Of a stretch of 64,000 nucleotides of DNA, positions 39,160-50,322 are shown piece after piece; the stretch's first letter is position 1, and each line of letters starts with the position of its first letter. The stretch covers positions 35,712,001 through 35,776,000 of the forward strand of contig OZ024741.1 of assembly GCA_964016885.1 (NCBI GenBank), given 5' to 3'. This DNA comes from Eledone cirrhosa (Eukaryota). Below the pieces are notes generated by a model. It ran no database searches, was not told where the DNA came from, and was given only the letters and a program-made list of their open reading frames with translations. The translations under genes and the position numbers were made by a program.

Positions 39160-39400
39160 ACCACCACCATTGTTACAACATTAAGATATGCCTGGAGACA
39201 ATGTAAGAGAATGCTTTCCAAAATGCAGAACTCAAGTGTATGCTGCCTCATGGGCCTAGCAGACAAAATAGAGAAAGCATTGTCCCCAGAGGGTTGTGAG
39301 GAAGACACATTGGAAATAGCCATTACAGCTTGTCACTCCTGCCAGAGGCCAACTCTGTCCTGACAGCAGTGAGTAGAGAGGTGGTTCAGGGACCAGGAAT
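39160..39400 (-). mobile_element. Old CRE-like LINE 3' fragment
   Basis: Reverse-complement homologue of 41550-41790. Confidence 0.55.
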
Positions 39401-41379
39401 GCCATGACAATATAGGAAAGCAGCTTGTGGATCTTCAGTTTGTTGGACAAAAAAAAATGACTCAATGTATTTTTGAGTTAATTGCTCTCAATGTACTCCT
39501 CTTACTACCCCAACTCTATTCTATTCTTTCCTTCTTTTCTTCCTTCTACCCCCTCCACCTTTTACATTTATTATTGCCTACATCTCTCTAACTTCCTTTT
39601 TTATCAATTGTATGTCAGTGTCTGTTAGTCTCTCCCTTCCCTCTCCCTAACAACCTGACTAACCCTCTCATTTTATCCCCATTCTTTAACTTTCAGTAAA
39701 TCTGATTACTTGCCTCGTCTTTTTGGTTTTCTGAAGTTCTACACCCCACCTACATCCTCTCTCTCTCTTTCACATTTATAACATAACTTCCTCTTACCCC
39801 TGATTGTCTATCTCCTCCTTTCTTGCACTCTTGTCTCCCCTCCCCTGCCTTCCACTCTATGACTCAATACCTCAAGCTATAAATATTTCAGTAAACCATT
39901 AATTTTTATGGCTTACTAAAGCCAGAAAAGTTTACATCTATATTGTCATTTAAATCATAGCTGGTGGAAACATCTGCTGCTCTGGGTCCCAGAACCACCT
40001 TTCTAACTTACAGTGATCAGGATAAAGATGGCCATTTGCAAGGTCATTCTATCCACCAGGACCATAAACAACAACAAACTGAAACATGATATTATTTCAA
40101 ATCAAAAGACCTTTCATCATTATCATCATCATTTAACATCAGCTTTGCCTGCTAGCACAGTTGCATCATTATCATCATCATCATTTAACATCAGCTTTCC
40201 CTGTTAGCACAGTTGCTCAGACCAAATCATTACTCAAGCAGAGCTACTGACCTCTCAGATAGACCAAAGGGCTGCATCTGGCTTACATTTGTTTCCACAC
40301 TCAAGTGCTCGGATAGGTTGGGGGCCTATATCTTGCACATGCTTGCATACTCTAAGTGCATTTTATGATGTCACCAACAATAGGCAGTTTATCATGTTTT
40401 TGACACAGTTAAAGAGACCTCTTTATCCGATCCATTATTCAACAAGTTTTCTGACTGAATGGTACATGAGAATTCCGTTTGATATGGTCATAAAAATTGG
40501 TTTCATTTAAATCATTTACTTAAACAGACAGCCAATAAACTAATCTTTTCTAAATCCCAAGGACACCTAATATTCATTGTTGTTTAGTCCCTAAATCAGG
40601 ACTGATCAAACTAATCTATGATCAAAGTTGTTCCTACCATGACTACCATGTCTTAGAATACTTAGGTGATGAGTGTGCTGTTGTAAGGTAACTCTGAATG
40701 TGGGAATAAATGCTTCTCATCAGGCTATGAAGTAACTCCTATAGGTTTTTTTTCAGCCCCTTCCACTGTGATGCCAGAGCTAACCAGGGCCACCCACCAA
40801 TGTAGACAAAACTCTTGCTTTTGTGTGGGAGTTTCAACACCCACTCTAATATATGATCAAAGCTCTTCCAGATATTACCATCTCATCTTCTATTAAATGT
40901 TTCTAAGACTACACTAGCTGGCATGTTCTTCCCATTTAAACCGTTTCATCATATTTCTTATGAGAAGATTTTTAGATAAATATAGACATTTTAAAATAAA
41001 TAGCTTAGTATCAAAATACCAGGCAGTTTGGTATCAAAACAGTTAAGATGGTAGGGCGTAGTTTGGGGGAGATTTTGCTGTCATTACTTGCAAGTTGAAT
41101 GATCCTTGGTGTGTTTTCCATAGCCCTAAGCAGCTGAATGAATCCTTCAACTCCCTCCCTCTAGTACAGGAGCATCTCGTCTGAGTGTTTAACCTTACCT
41201 CTGTAAGCTAATGAAATCCACAACAACACCACAGCATTGCTACTATTTGCCAAACTGTTGCTAGTGCTAATGATGATGATGATAACTATATTTATACACA
41301 GGCAGATTATGATGTCGAATTTGGGGTTAAAAAGGTGTGTCTTGTATACTGGAAAAATACGGTACTCCTAGTTACACTT

Positions 41380-41800
41380 TTGAAGCCCCTCATCTAGGAC
41401 TTGACATACACTTTCTCCCGTAACAATCTGATACATTCAGCAACAGATCCAGGTTCTAAAGCCCAATAAGCTGAACATCACAAACTGCTGAAGTATCAGC
41501 TGTTTTCTGATAGATTTGTCACTGAACCTATAGTAGTGGAAATTTCTGGAATTCTTGGTCTCTGAACCATCTCCCTACTCACTGCTATAAAGATGGTATT
41601 AGCCACCCACAGGAGTGAACCCAGCTAGTTGGAATGGCTATTTCAACATGTGTACTTCACTATCATCCAAGATAGCACTTTCTCTGTTCACTGGACCATA
41701 GGATGGCATATGCCTAAGGTTCTGCACATCAGAGATCATTCTCCTACATTGTCTCCAGGCATATACCAATATGGTAACAATGGTAGTGGTCTGTGTATTA
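41380..41800 (+). mobile_element. Old CRE-like LINE, restriction-like endonuclease end
   Basis: Degenerate translation KPLI*DLT..AEHHKLLKYQLFSDRFVTEPIVVEISGILG...EPS*LEWLFQ resembles the WDxT..AE..K..KY..F.P..ET.G..G..LxQR end of CRE-type RLE domains. Confidence 0.55.
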
Positions 41801-42039
41801 TTCTTAGTTTTATTTGTAGTATTATTGTCACAACAACTATTAATCTTTCTTGTAGCTGATAGTTAAATAATAGGACTAATTATTTGTTGTTTAACCTAAA
41901 GATATTTTTACTGACTTTTTGTTAGAAAACAAACATCTTGATGTTGAGATTCACCAATTCACAATTTTAGTCAATACCAGATGGCATTGGCATAATAGTC
42001 TAATGGTTGAAGAGAAGACAAAGAAGAAGAAGCAGCAGC

Positions 42040-42785
42040 AAAATTGTATGATAGTGCTAGCAGTGCAGATGAAGATGATGATGATAGTGGTGGTGGTTGG
42101 AATGTTGATGATGATAGTGATGGTGGTGGCTGGAATGTTGATGATGATGGTGGTGGTGGTAGTATTGATGATAATGAAGGCAGTGATGGTGCTTAGGGTA
42201 TTGATGATGGTGGTGGTATTGATGATAATGGTGGCAGTGATGGTGCTTAGGGTGTTGATGATGGTGATGATGATGATGGTGGTGGTGGTGGTGGTAGTAG
42301 TGTTGATGACAATGATGATGATAATGGTGGTAGTAGTGTTGATGACAATGATGATGATAATGGTGGTAGTAGTGTTGATGACAATGATGATGATGGTGGT
42401 GGTGGTAGTGTTGATGACAATGATGATGGTGGTAGTAGTGTTGATGACAATGATGATGATGGTGGTGGTGGTAGTGTTGATGAAAATGATGATGATGGTG
42501 GTAGTGGTAGTGTTGATGACAATGATGATGATGGTAGTAGTGTTGATGACAAATATGATGATGGTGGTGGTGGTAGTGTTGATGACAATGATGATGATGG
42601 TGGTAGTAGTGTTGATGATGATGGTGGTAGTAGTGTTGATGATGATGGTGGTGGTAGTGTTGATGATGGTGATAATGGCAGTTACAGTAGCAATTCTGAT
42701 GATGAAGATGGCCGTAAGGGAGGTGGTGGTGGTAGTGATGTTGATGATCATGATAATAAGGGTAGTAAGTGATAGTGATACTGTT
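42040..42785. repeat. Compound (GAT/GGT/AGT)n repeat with ~30-39-bp higher-order unit
   Basis: Recurrent GTGTTGATGACAATGATGATG..GGTGGTAGTA. Confidence 0.92.
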
Positions 42786-43228
42786 AATGTTGAGATCCTG
42801 CCCACCTGGCTGATGACAAACTGTTACAACTCATCTGCCTGACTTAGTATTAACTCCCTGATGAAGCAGAAAACAAATAAGTATACTACCCCTTATCCTA
42901 TGTTATAGAAATTAGGTCTTACTTAAGACCCAAACAAGCATTTATATATTATATTGCCTAAGCACTTTACAGTTACGTATTACTTCTGCATTTCTCTCAT
43001 ATATATATATATGTATATAAATATATATATAACTCTTTAGAATATAAATGCAAAATTGGGTGCACATAGGACAAAACCAACGGGAAGACAGTCAGTTCCA
43101 TCTCCTCAGTCAACCTCTGGAAATCACTACAGTTTCAGTGAATTAAGGGTAATAGCGTTCACTCCAGTGCACATTAGGACATAACAAAATGGGCAGAGAC
43201 AAGTTTTATATATATATATATATATATA

Positions 43229-43830
43229 CATCAGACTAGATCAGATCAAACCAAACCAGATCAGATAAAACCAGATCAGATCAAACCGGACTGGATCAAA
43301 CCAGATCAGAGTAAATAGGATCAGATCGGACCAGATCAGACTGAAGTGGATCAGGCCAGATCAGATCAAACCGGATAGAATCATACTGGATCGAATCAGA
43401 CTGCATCTGATCAGACCAGATCAGATTAAACAAAAACTGAATCAGACTGAATCTGATCGGACCAGACCAAATCGGATCGGATCAAATCAAATCAGACCAG
43501 ATTGGATCACACTGGACCAGATCAGACCAGACCAAACTGGATCAGCTCAGGCCAGATAGGATTAGACTGTTTGCATCAAACAAAACCGGATCAGACTGGA
43601 ACAGAATGGAGCAGATTTAAACCAGATCAGATTGGTTGAAACCGGATCAAATCTGACCACATCGGATCAAACTGAACTGGATCAGATCAAGATCAGGCTG
43701 GATCAAATTGCTCTGGACCACATGGGGCCAGATTGGATCAGATTGGACTGGAACAAAATAGTCCGAGTTGGATCAAAATGGTCAGGTCAGAAAGGACTGG
43801 ATTGGCTAGATTAATATCTGTCCAATCTGA
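43229..43830. repeat. Degenerate pentanucleotide repeat (ATCAG/ACCAG/ACTGG)n
   Basis: 5-bp periodicity maintained over about 600 bp. Confidence 0.9.
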
Positions 43831-43869
43831 TAGATGAATATATATACATACATATATATATATATATAT

Positions 43870-44185
43870 ATCCCATGAGGACAGGCTGAAGTATACATCC
43901 AGTGAGGCCTCCAGCCCACACTGTAAAGTGGTTGTGATGGCAACACGACAAAAAATGCCCAGTCCACACTGTAGAGTGGTCATGTAAGCATCATGACAAA
44001 AAGCACCCAGTACTCACTGTAAATGAGGTTGGTGCTAGGAAAGGCATCCAGCTGCTGAAACCAAGCCAAAATCAGTTGTGTATGAGCAAGACATGGTCAC
44101 CTGACCTGGCATTGCTCACAACAGGATAATTAGTCTAACCCATGCCAGCTTGGAAAAATGGATGTTAGATGGTCATGATAATGAT
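43870..44185 (+). mobile_element. RTE 3'-UTR fragment
   Basis: Matches 23785-24098. Confidence 0.75.
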
Positions 44186-44196
44186 TATATATATAT

Positions 44197-46700
44197 CAGA
44201 CCAAGTCGCTGCGAAGTATAATGTAAATGACCTTTTTCTTTCTTATCTCTCTCCAGCCTATCAGTTCATTGCTATTCTATAATTCTGTCTGGTTGTTTCT
44301 AAATAATTTTCTTGTATTTTAAAACCCCATTATTCGCTTATTATTACTGTTATATGCTTCCCCAATTATGCCCCCAAAAATTCGAAGATTTCATTTAAAA
44401 CCTCTTGCTAACTACCCCATTTGTTCTAAATAATCTTCTCTTTGCTTTTCTAAAATAACAATCTTGTTTGTTTAATTTTGGCTGAAAAATGCTAGGATTT
44501 ATAAAATGGCCTCATTGTCCCTCTTATCCTTTACCCCCCGTCCCCACTATAGCGTGTTACGCGCTGGTTAGCTCACCCTTTCAATCACTCCTTTCTCTCT
44601 CCAAATAGAAATAAATCTGCTGCGAGGTACGAATCTCAGAATTTGTCAACGCTTAAAAATGGTCAGACCAAGTCGCTGCGAAGTATAATGTAAATCACCT
44701 TTTTCTTTCTTATCTCTCTCCAGCCTATCAGTTCATTCATTCATATTGTTCTAAATAATCTTCTCCTTGCTATCAGTCCATTCATTCATATATCCGTATT
44801 ATCGCCCAAAATCCAAACTTTGCTCTCTCTCAATGCTATTCTATAATTCTGTCTGGTTGTTTCTAAATAATCTTCTTGTATTTTAAAACCCCATTATTCG
44901 CTTATTATTACTGTTATATGCTTCCCCAATTATGCCCCCTAAAATTCGAAGATTTCATTTAAAACCTCTCGCTAACTACCCCATTTGTTCTAAATAATCT
45001 TCTCTTTGCTTTTCTAAAATAACAATCTTGTTTGTTTAATTTTGGCCGAAAAATGCTAGGATTTATAAAATGGCCTCATTGTGCCTCTTATCCTTTACCC
45101 CCCGACCCACTATAGCGTATTACGCGCTGGCTAGCTCACCCTTTCAATCACTCCCTTCTCTCTCCAAATATAAATAAACCTGCTGCGAGGTACGAATCTC
45201 AGAATTTGTCAACGCTTAAAAATGGTCAGACCAAGTCGCAGCGAAGTATAATGTAAATGACCTTTTTCTTTCTTATCTCTCTCCAGCCTATCAGTTCATT
45301 CATTCATATTGTTCTAAATAATCTTCTCCTTGCTATCGGTCCATTCATTCATATATCCGTATTATCGCCCAAAATCCAATCTTTGCTCTCTCTCAGTGCT
45401 ATTCTATAATTCTGTCTGGTTGTTTCTAAATAATCTTCTTGTATTTTAAAACCCCATTATTCGCTTATTATTACTGTTATATGCTTCCCCAATTATGCCC
45501 CTCAAAATTCGAAGATTTCATTTAAAACGTCTCGCTATCTACCCCATTTGTTCTAAATAATCTTCTCTTTGCTTTTCTAAAATAACAATCCTGTTTGTTT
45601 AATTTTGGCCGAAAAATGCTAGGATTTATAAAATGGCCTCATTGTCCCTCTTATCCTTTACCCCCTGACCCACTATAGCGTGTTACGCGCTGCCTAGCTC
45701 ACCCTTTCAATCACTCCCTTCTCTCTCCAAATATAAATAAATCTGCTGCGAGGTACGAATCTCAGAATTTGTCAACGCTTAAAAATGGTCAGACCAAGTC
45801 GCTGCGAAGTATAATGTAAATCACCTTTTTTTTTCTTATCTCTCTCCAGCCTATCAGTTCATTCATTCATATTGTTCTAAATAATCTTCTCCTTGCTATC
45901 GGTCCATTCATTCATATATCTGTATTATCGCCCAAAATCCAAACTTTGCTCTCTCTCAATGCTATTCTATAATTCTGTCTGTTTGTTTCTAAATAATCTT
46001 CTTGTATTTTAAAAGCCCACTATTCGCTTATTATTACTGTTATATGCTTCCCCAATTATGCCCCCTAAAATTCGAAGATTTCATTTAAAACCTCTCGCTA
46101 ACTACCCCATTTGTTCTAAATAATCTTCTCTTTGCTTTTCTAAAATAACAATTTTGTTTGTTTAATTTTGGCCGAAAAATGCTAGGATTTATAAAATGGC
46201 CTCATTGTGCCTCTTATCCTTTACCCCCGACCCACTATAGCGTATTACGCGCTGGCTAGCTCACCCTTTCAATCACTCCCTTCTCTCTCCAAATATAAAT
46301 AAACCTGCTGCGAGGTACGAATCTCAGAATTTGTCAACACTTAAAAATGGTCAGACCAAGTCGCTGCAAAGTATAATGTAAATGACCTTTTTCTTTCTTA
46401 TCTCTCTCCAGCCTATCAGTTCATTCATTCATATTGTTCTAAATAATCTTCTCCTTGCTATCGGTCCATTCATTCATATATCCGTATTATCGCCCAAATT
46501 CCAATCTTTGCTCTCTCTCAATGCTATTCTATAATTCTGTCTGGTTGATTCTAAATAATCTTCTTGTATTTTAAAACCCCATTATTCGTTTATTATTACT
46601 GTTATATGCTTCCCCAATTATGCCCCCCAAAATTCGAAGATTTCATTTAAAACCTCTCACTAACTACCCCATTTGTTCTAAATAATCTTCTCTTTGCTAA
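44197..46700 (+). repeat. Tandem array of ~563-bp monomers directly 5' of an RTE ORF
   Basis: TCAGACCAAGTCGCTGCG starts at 44196, 44663, 45226, 45789 and 46351. The first unit has a ~96-bp deletion and the last is partial. Confidence 0.95.
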
Positions 46701-48832
46701 CTACCCCATACCCCTCCCTTCCGCACCCACTCTCCACCTTATTATTTGGACCAATCACAAGTCAACGGCCTATGCTATCACTTCTGGCCGCTTTTCGATA
46801 TGATGGATGGACTAAGGAATTTCTGGAGAGTCTGAAGAATCTGGACACTCGATGACAATGCCAAAGATAACGACAAATTCACCTCATGCTGCCGGACAAA
46901 AGGGCAAGGCTCCCTCCTCTTTGTTTCGGCCGCGGATGGCCAACATAACCCCAACCTCAGCCACCTCACCCATCCCTGCGCCCCATCCTCCAAACACAAT
47001 CCAAAACTTCAGAGTTGGTACCATAAATGTAGGCACCTTAAAAGGCCGCTCTCACGAGGTTGTAGAAATGCTTGAACGTAAGGAGGTTGATGTTTGCTGT
47101 ATCCAAGAGACCAGGTGGAGGGGCGGGTCTGCTAGATTCATTGTGGGTAAAAAACGTTGCTATAAGCTTTTCTGGGTGGGAAATGACAATGGGATAGGTG
47201 GGGTAGGAATCATGTTAGCAGAAAAATGGGTGGATAAGATAATAGATGTAAATAGAGTAAATGACAGAATAATTAAAATAAGACTTGTTCTAAATAGAAC
47301 TACTGTGACAGTAATATCGGCATACGCGCCCCAATCCGGACTGCCTGGCGCTATAAAAGACAGATTCTATGAGACACTGATGCTCACTACCTCCCAAATA
47401 ACCGACAGTGACTATATAATTATTGCTGGCGACCTAAATGGCCACGTTGGTCAACATTGTGACGGCTATGACGGAATCCACGGAGGCTATGGGTTTGGTA
47501 CTAGAAATGAGGAAGGCTCCAGAATCCTGGAATTCTGTGATGCAAATAACCTAACTATCTGTAACACTAACTTCAAAAAACGAGACAATCACTTGATCAC
47601 CTACAGATCAGGGGAACATACCAGCCAGGTAGATTATATCCTTACCAGAAGACGTGACAGAGTATCTGTTGTAAACACTAAATCCCTCCCCCATGAAGAA
47701 TGCACCTCCTAACATAGACTCATAGTTAGTGACCTCATAGTCAGGACGAGACGTACTCGACAGCAGAAGAGGACTATCCTCAGGAGAAAAATATGGAAGC
47801 TAAAGGACCCCACAGCCAGAAATAAATTTAAAAGCATATTACTTGATGCTTTCGACAGTAAGGAAGAGCAATTAGAGTCATACAATATAGAGGAACAGTG
47901 GGAATTCCTGAAAGCAAACCTGCTGATGGCGGCAGACGAAGGGTGACAAAATCAGCAGTGGGGGAGAGTGCTTTGAATGTACAGTAGCTAGAGTCAGAAC
48001 TGGATGGAAAAAGTTCAGAGAGCTTATACCACTATTAGCCGCTAAAGGGTTCTCCCTAAAAATGAAAGGCAGGCTGTATGATGCCTGCATACGAACAGCC
48101 ATCTTGCATGGCAGTGAGACCTGGGCATTGTGTGCAGAGGATATACGCAGACTAGAGAGGAACGAAGCTTGCATGCTCCGCTGGATGTGTAATAGTAATA
48201 TACGCGAACGGCAAAGCATAAACGAACTAAGGGAAAAATTAGAAATAAGTGGGATCAGATGTTGTTTACTCGAGAGAAGGCTACGTTGGTATGGTCACGT
48301 AATGCTCATGAAAGACGACAGCTGTATAAAAAAGTGCAGGGCAATAAAGATAGACGGTAGCCACGGAGTAGGCAGACCCAGACAAACCTGGGATGACCTG
48401 ATAAACTCCGACCTCACACACTTACACCTCTCCAAGACAATGTCACTGGACCGAGATCTTTGGCGGCACTCAGTAATAGAGAAGACACGCCTTACCTAAA
48501 TACAAAGTAAAACCTACTACAGTCAGTAGGCATCTCTAACAAAATACACCCCCCCACCCACCCCATCCACACCGCCCCTTTCAATGTAAAGTTATGTTGG
48601 TGCCACAACATCCAGTTCGAAACAAATGAGATCGTGTAGGTGTCACGACAAAAAAAAAAACACACAGTCCACGCTGTGGTTGGTGTTAGGAAGGGCATCC
48701 AGCTGTAGAAAACCCGCCAGACAGTCCTATGCGAACAAGACAACCACTCTTGCCTCAAGTGGGAAAACTCCCGTCCAAACCCATGCAAGCGTGGAACATG
48801 GACGTTAAACGATGATGATGATGATGATGATG
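46700..48832 (+). mobile_element. RTE-clade LINE with APE endonuclease region and internally deleted RT
   Basis: ORF 46852-47712: GTINVGTL, CIQETRW, SAYAPQ, GDLNGHVG, SQVDYIL. Jumps at ~47940 to the post-RT region (compare 31633). (GAT)n tail. Confidence 0.95.
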
Positions 48833-48866
<34 letters not shown>

Positions 48867-49374
48867 CAGAAGAAAATGCACATAGAAAAACAGTACAGTT
48901 ACATGAACAGACAACTGCATCTCTACCTTATCAACCACCTTGCTGGCTTGCAATTTCACACAATAAGGTAGTATTGCATTTATAATACCAGCTTACACAA
49001 CAGATTGGAGTGCAGACATGGCTAAGTGGTTAAGAAGTTGACTCGGCAAAGGGTGAGCCTACGGTGAGAGAGCTGACGTAGATACCACAAATTGCTAATG
49101 ACAGTGCTCAGCAGTGAAATTCCTTTCATCATAGGCCTGCTCGATCAAGGCTGACCTTGGGCTAAACAACAACACCAACAACAACAAAGAAGGAATACAA
49201 CTTCTTTTAAATCAATCAAATATTATGGAATTAATCTTTGGAAAAAAGACGAGAGGAAAAATGATGCATGATTGATTGAGATGAACTAAAATATTTGTAT
49301 TTATATTTCAGGGTTGTCAATTATTTTTTGTTTTATTTTTACTGTTAGAAAAGAATGAAAGGATTAATACTCAC

Positions 49375-49511
49375 GTGATTTTTTTGAATTTGTCAATCAT
49401 AGAGTACTTTACAGACTCGTCTTTTTTTTTAGATCTGTCCCATAAAGGAACCACCAATTTTGCCTTAGATAAATCTTTGTATAATCCCAGCCAACTCAAG
49501 TAACCAATATT
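49375..49511 (-). CDS. PDE9A: PDE9-like exon upstream of the catalytic domain (absent from the ORF track)
   Basis: attctag|NIGYLSWLGLYKDLSKAKLVVPLWDRSKKKDESVKYSMIDKFKKI-AC|gtgagt; 137 bp, phase 0/2. Completes codon ACA with the next exon. Confidence 0.8.
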
Positions 49512-49727
49512 CTAGAATGATATAAAAAACAAAACAAATATAGGAATATTGATAAAGAGACAAAAACAAATAAATAAAAAAAGAATGCAAGAATTATTTC
49601 ATAGCCTAGAATATTTCCCATCCCAAAGTGGATTCTGAGAAACCTGAGAATTCCAGCTAAACTATTCTAGGGTTCCACAAGTTAAGCTAGTGTTTACTGA
49701 AATTTAATAAAATACTATATGTTTTAA

Positions 49728-49934
49728 CCCATTAGCATTTAAACCAACTGTATCTGGCTAGAAATCTCTCACCTCTTTCTGTTCAAACCGGCCGTAACTG
49801 GCTGCTCATACTGATGTTAAGATATTGTTCTCAAAATAAATAATATCAAAATCTCATAGATTCAATATGATGTGAGATAAAGCTTTACTATGAAACTACA
49901 ACAGTATATACATAGTAATGGAAATGCTAATGGG
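49728..49934. mobile_element. piggyBac-type MITE
   Basis: TTAA|CCCATTAGCATTT ... AAATGCTAATGGG|TTAA. Partial sister copy at ~57688-57860. Confidence 0.75.
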
Positions 49935-50322
49935 TTAAAAGCACATGGGCCAGTAGTTAAGGTACTAGGTTCACAATCATATGGTTGAGGGTTTGATTCC
50001 CAGTCTGAATGAACTATTGTGTTCTTTAGCAAAGCACTTCATTTTACATTTTTTCAGTTCACACTACTGAAAATGAGTACCAGCCTCTAGGATAAGCTAA
50101 AGGCTTTGTCCAACCCATGCATGTATGGAAAAATGGACATAAGACAATAATTTATTCTAAAGTGAATAAATTCACTCCCTGAAACAATTGTTTCATTTAA
50201 TGTCTTCTTAAAATTAGGGTGGGGGAAAATTTTCCATAAAATATAGGGATGGGATTCACAATTCTTGGAAAAGTGTATGAGGGTTCCATAATGAAATAAG
50301 ATTGGGAATCAATGCTCTAGAG

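Noticed and set aside
41919-42842. 307-aa and 284-aa ORFs
   Set aside because: Poly-M/V and poly-I/T translations of a trinucleotide repeat.
42850-42880. CTGATGAAGCAGAAA as a hammerhead
   Set aside because: No stem II, stem III or stem I pairing.
46700-46930. HDV-like ribozyme in the RTE 5' region
   Set aside because: I could not build the nested double pseudoknot by eye; a motif search would be needed.
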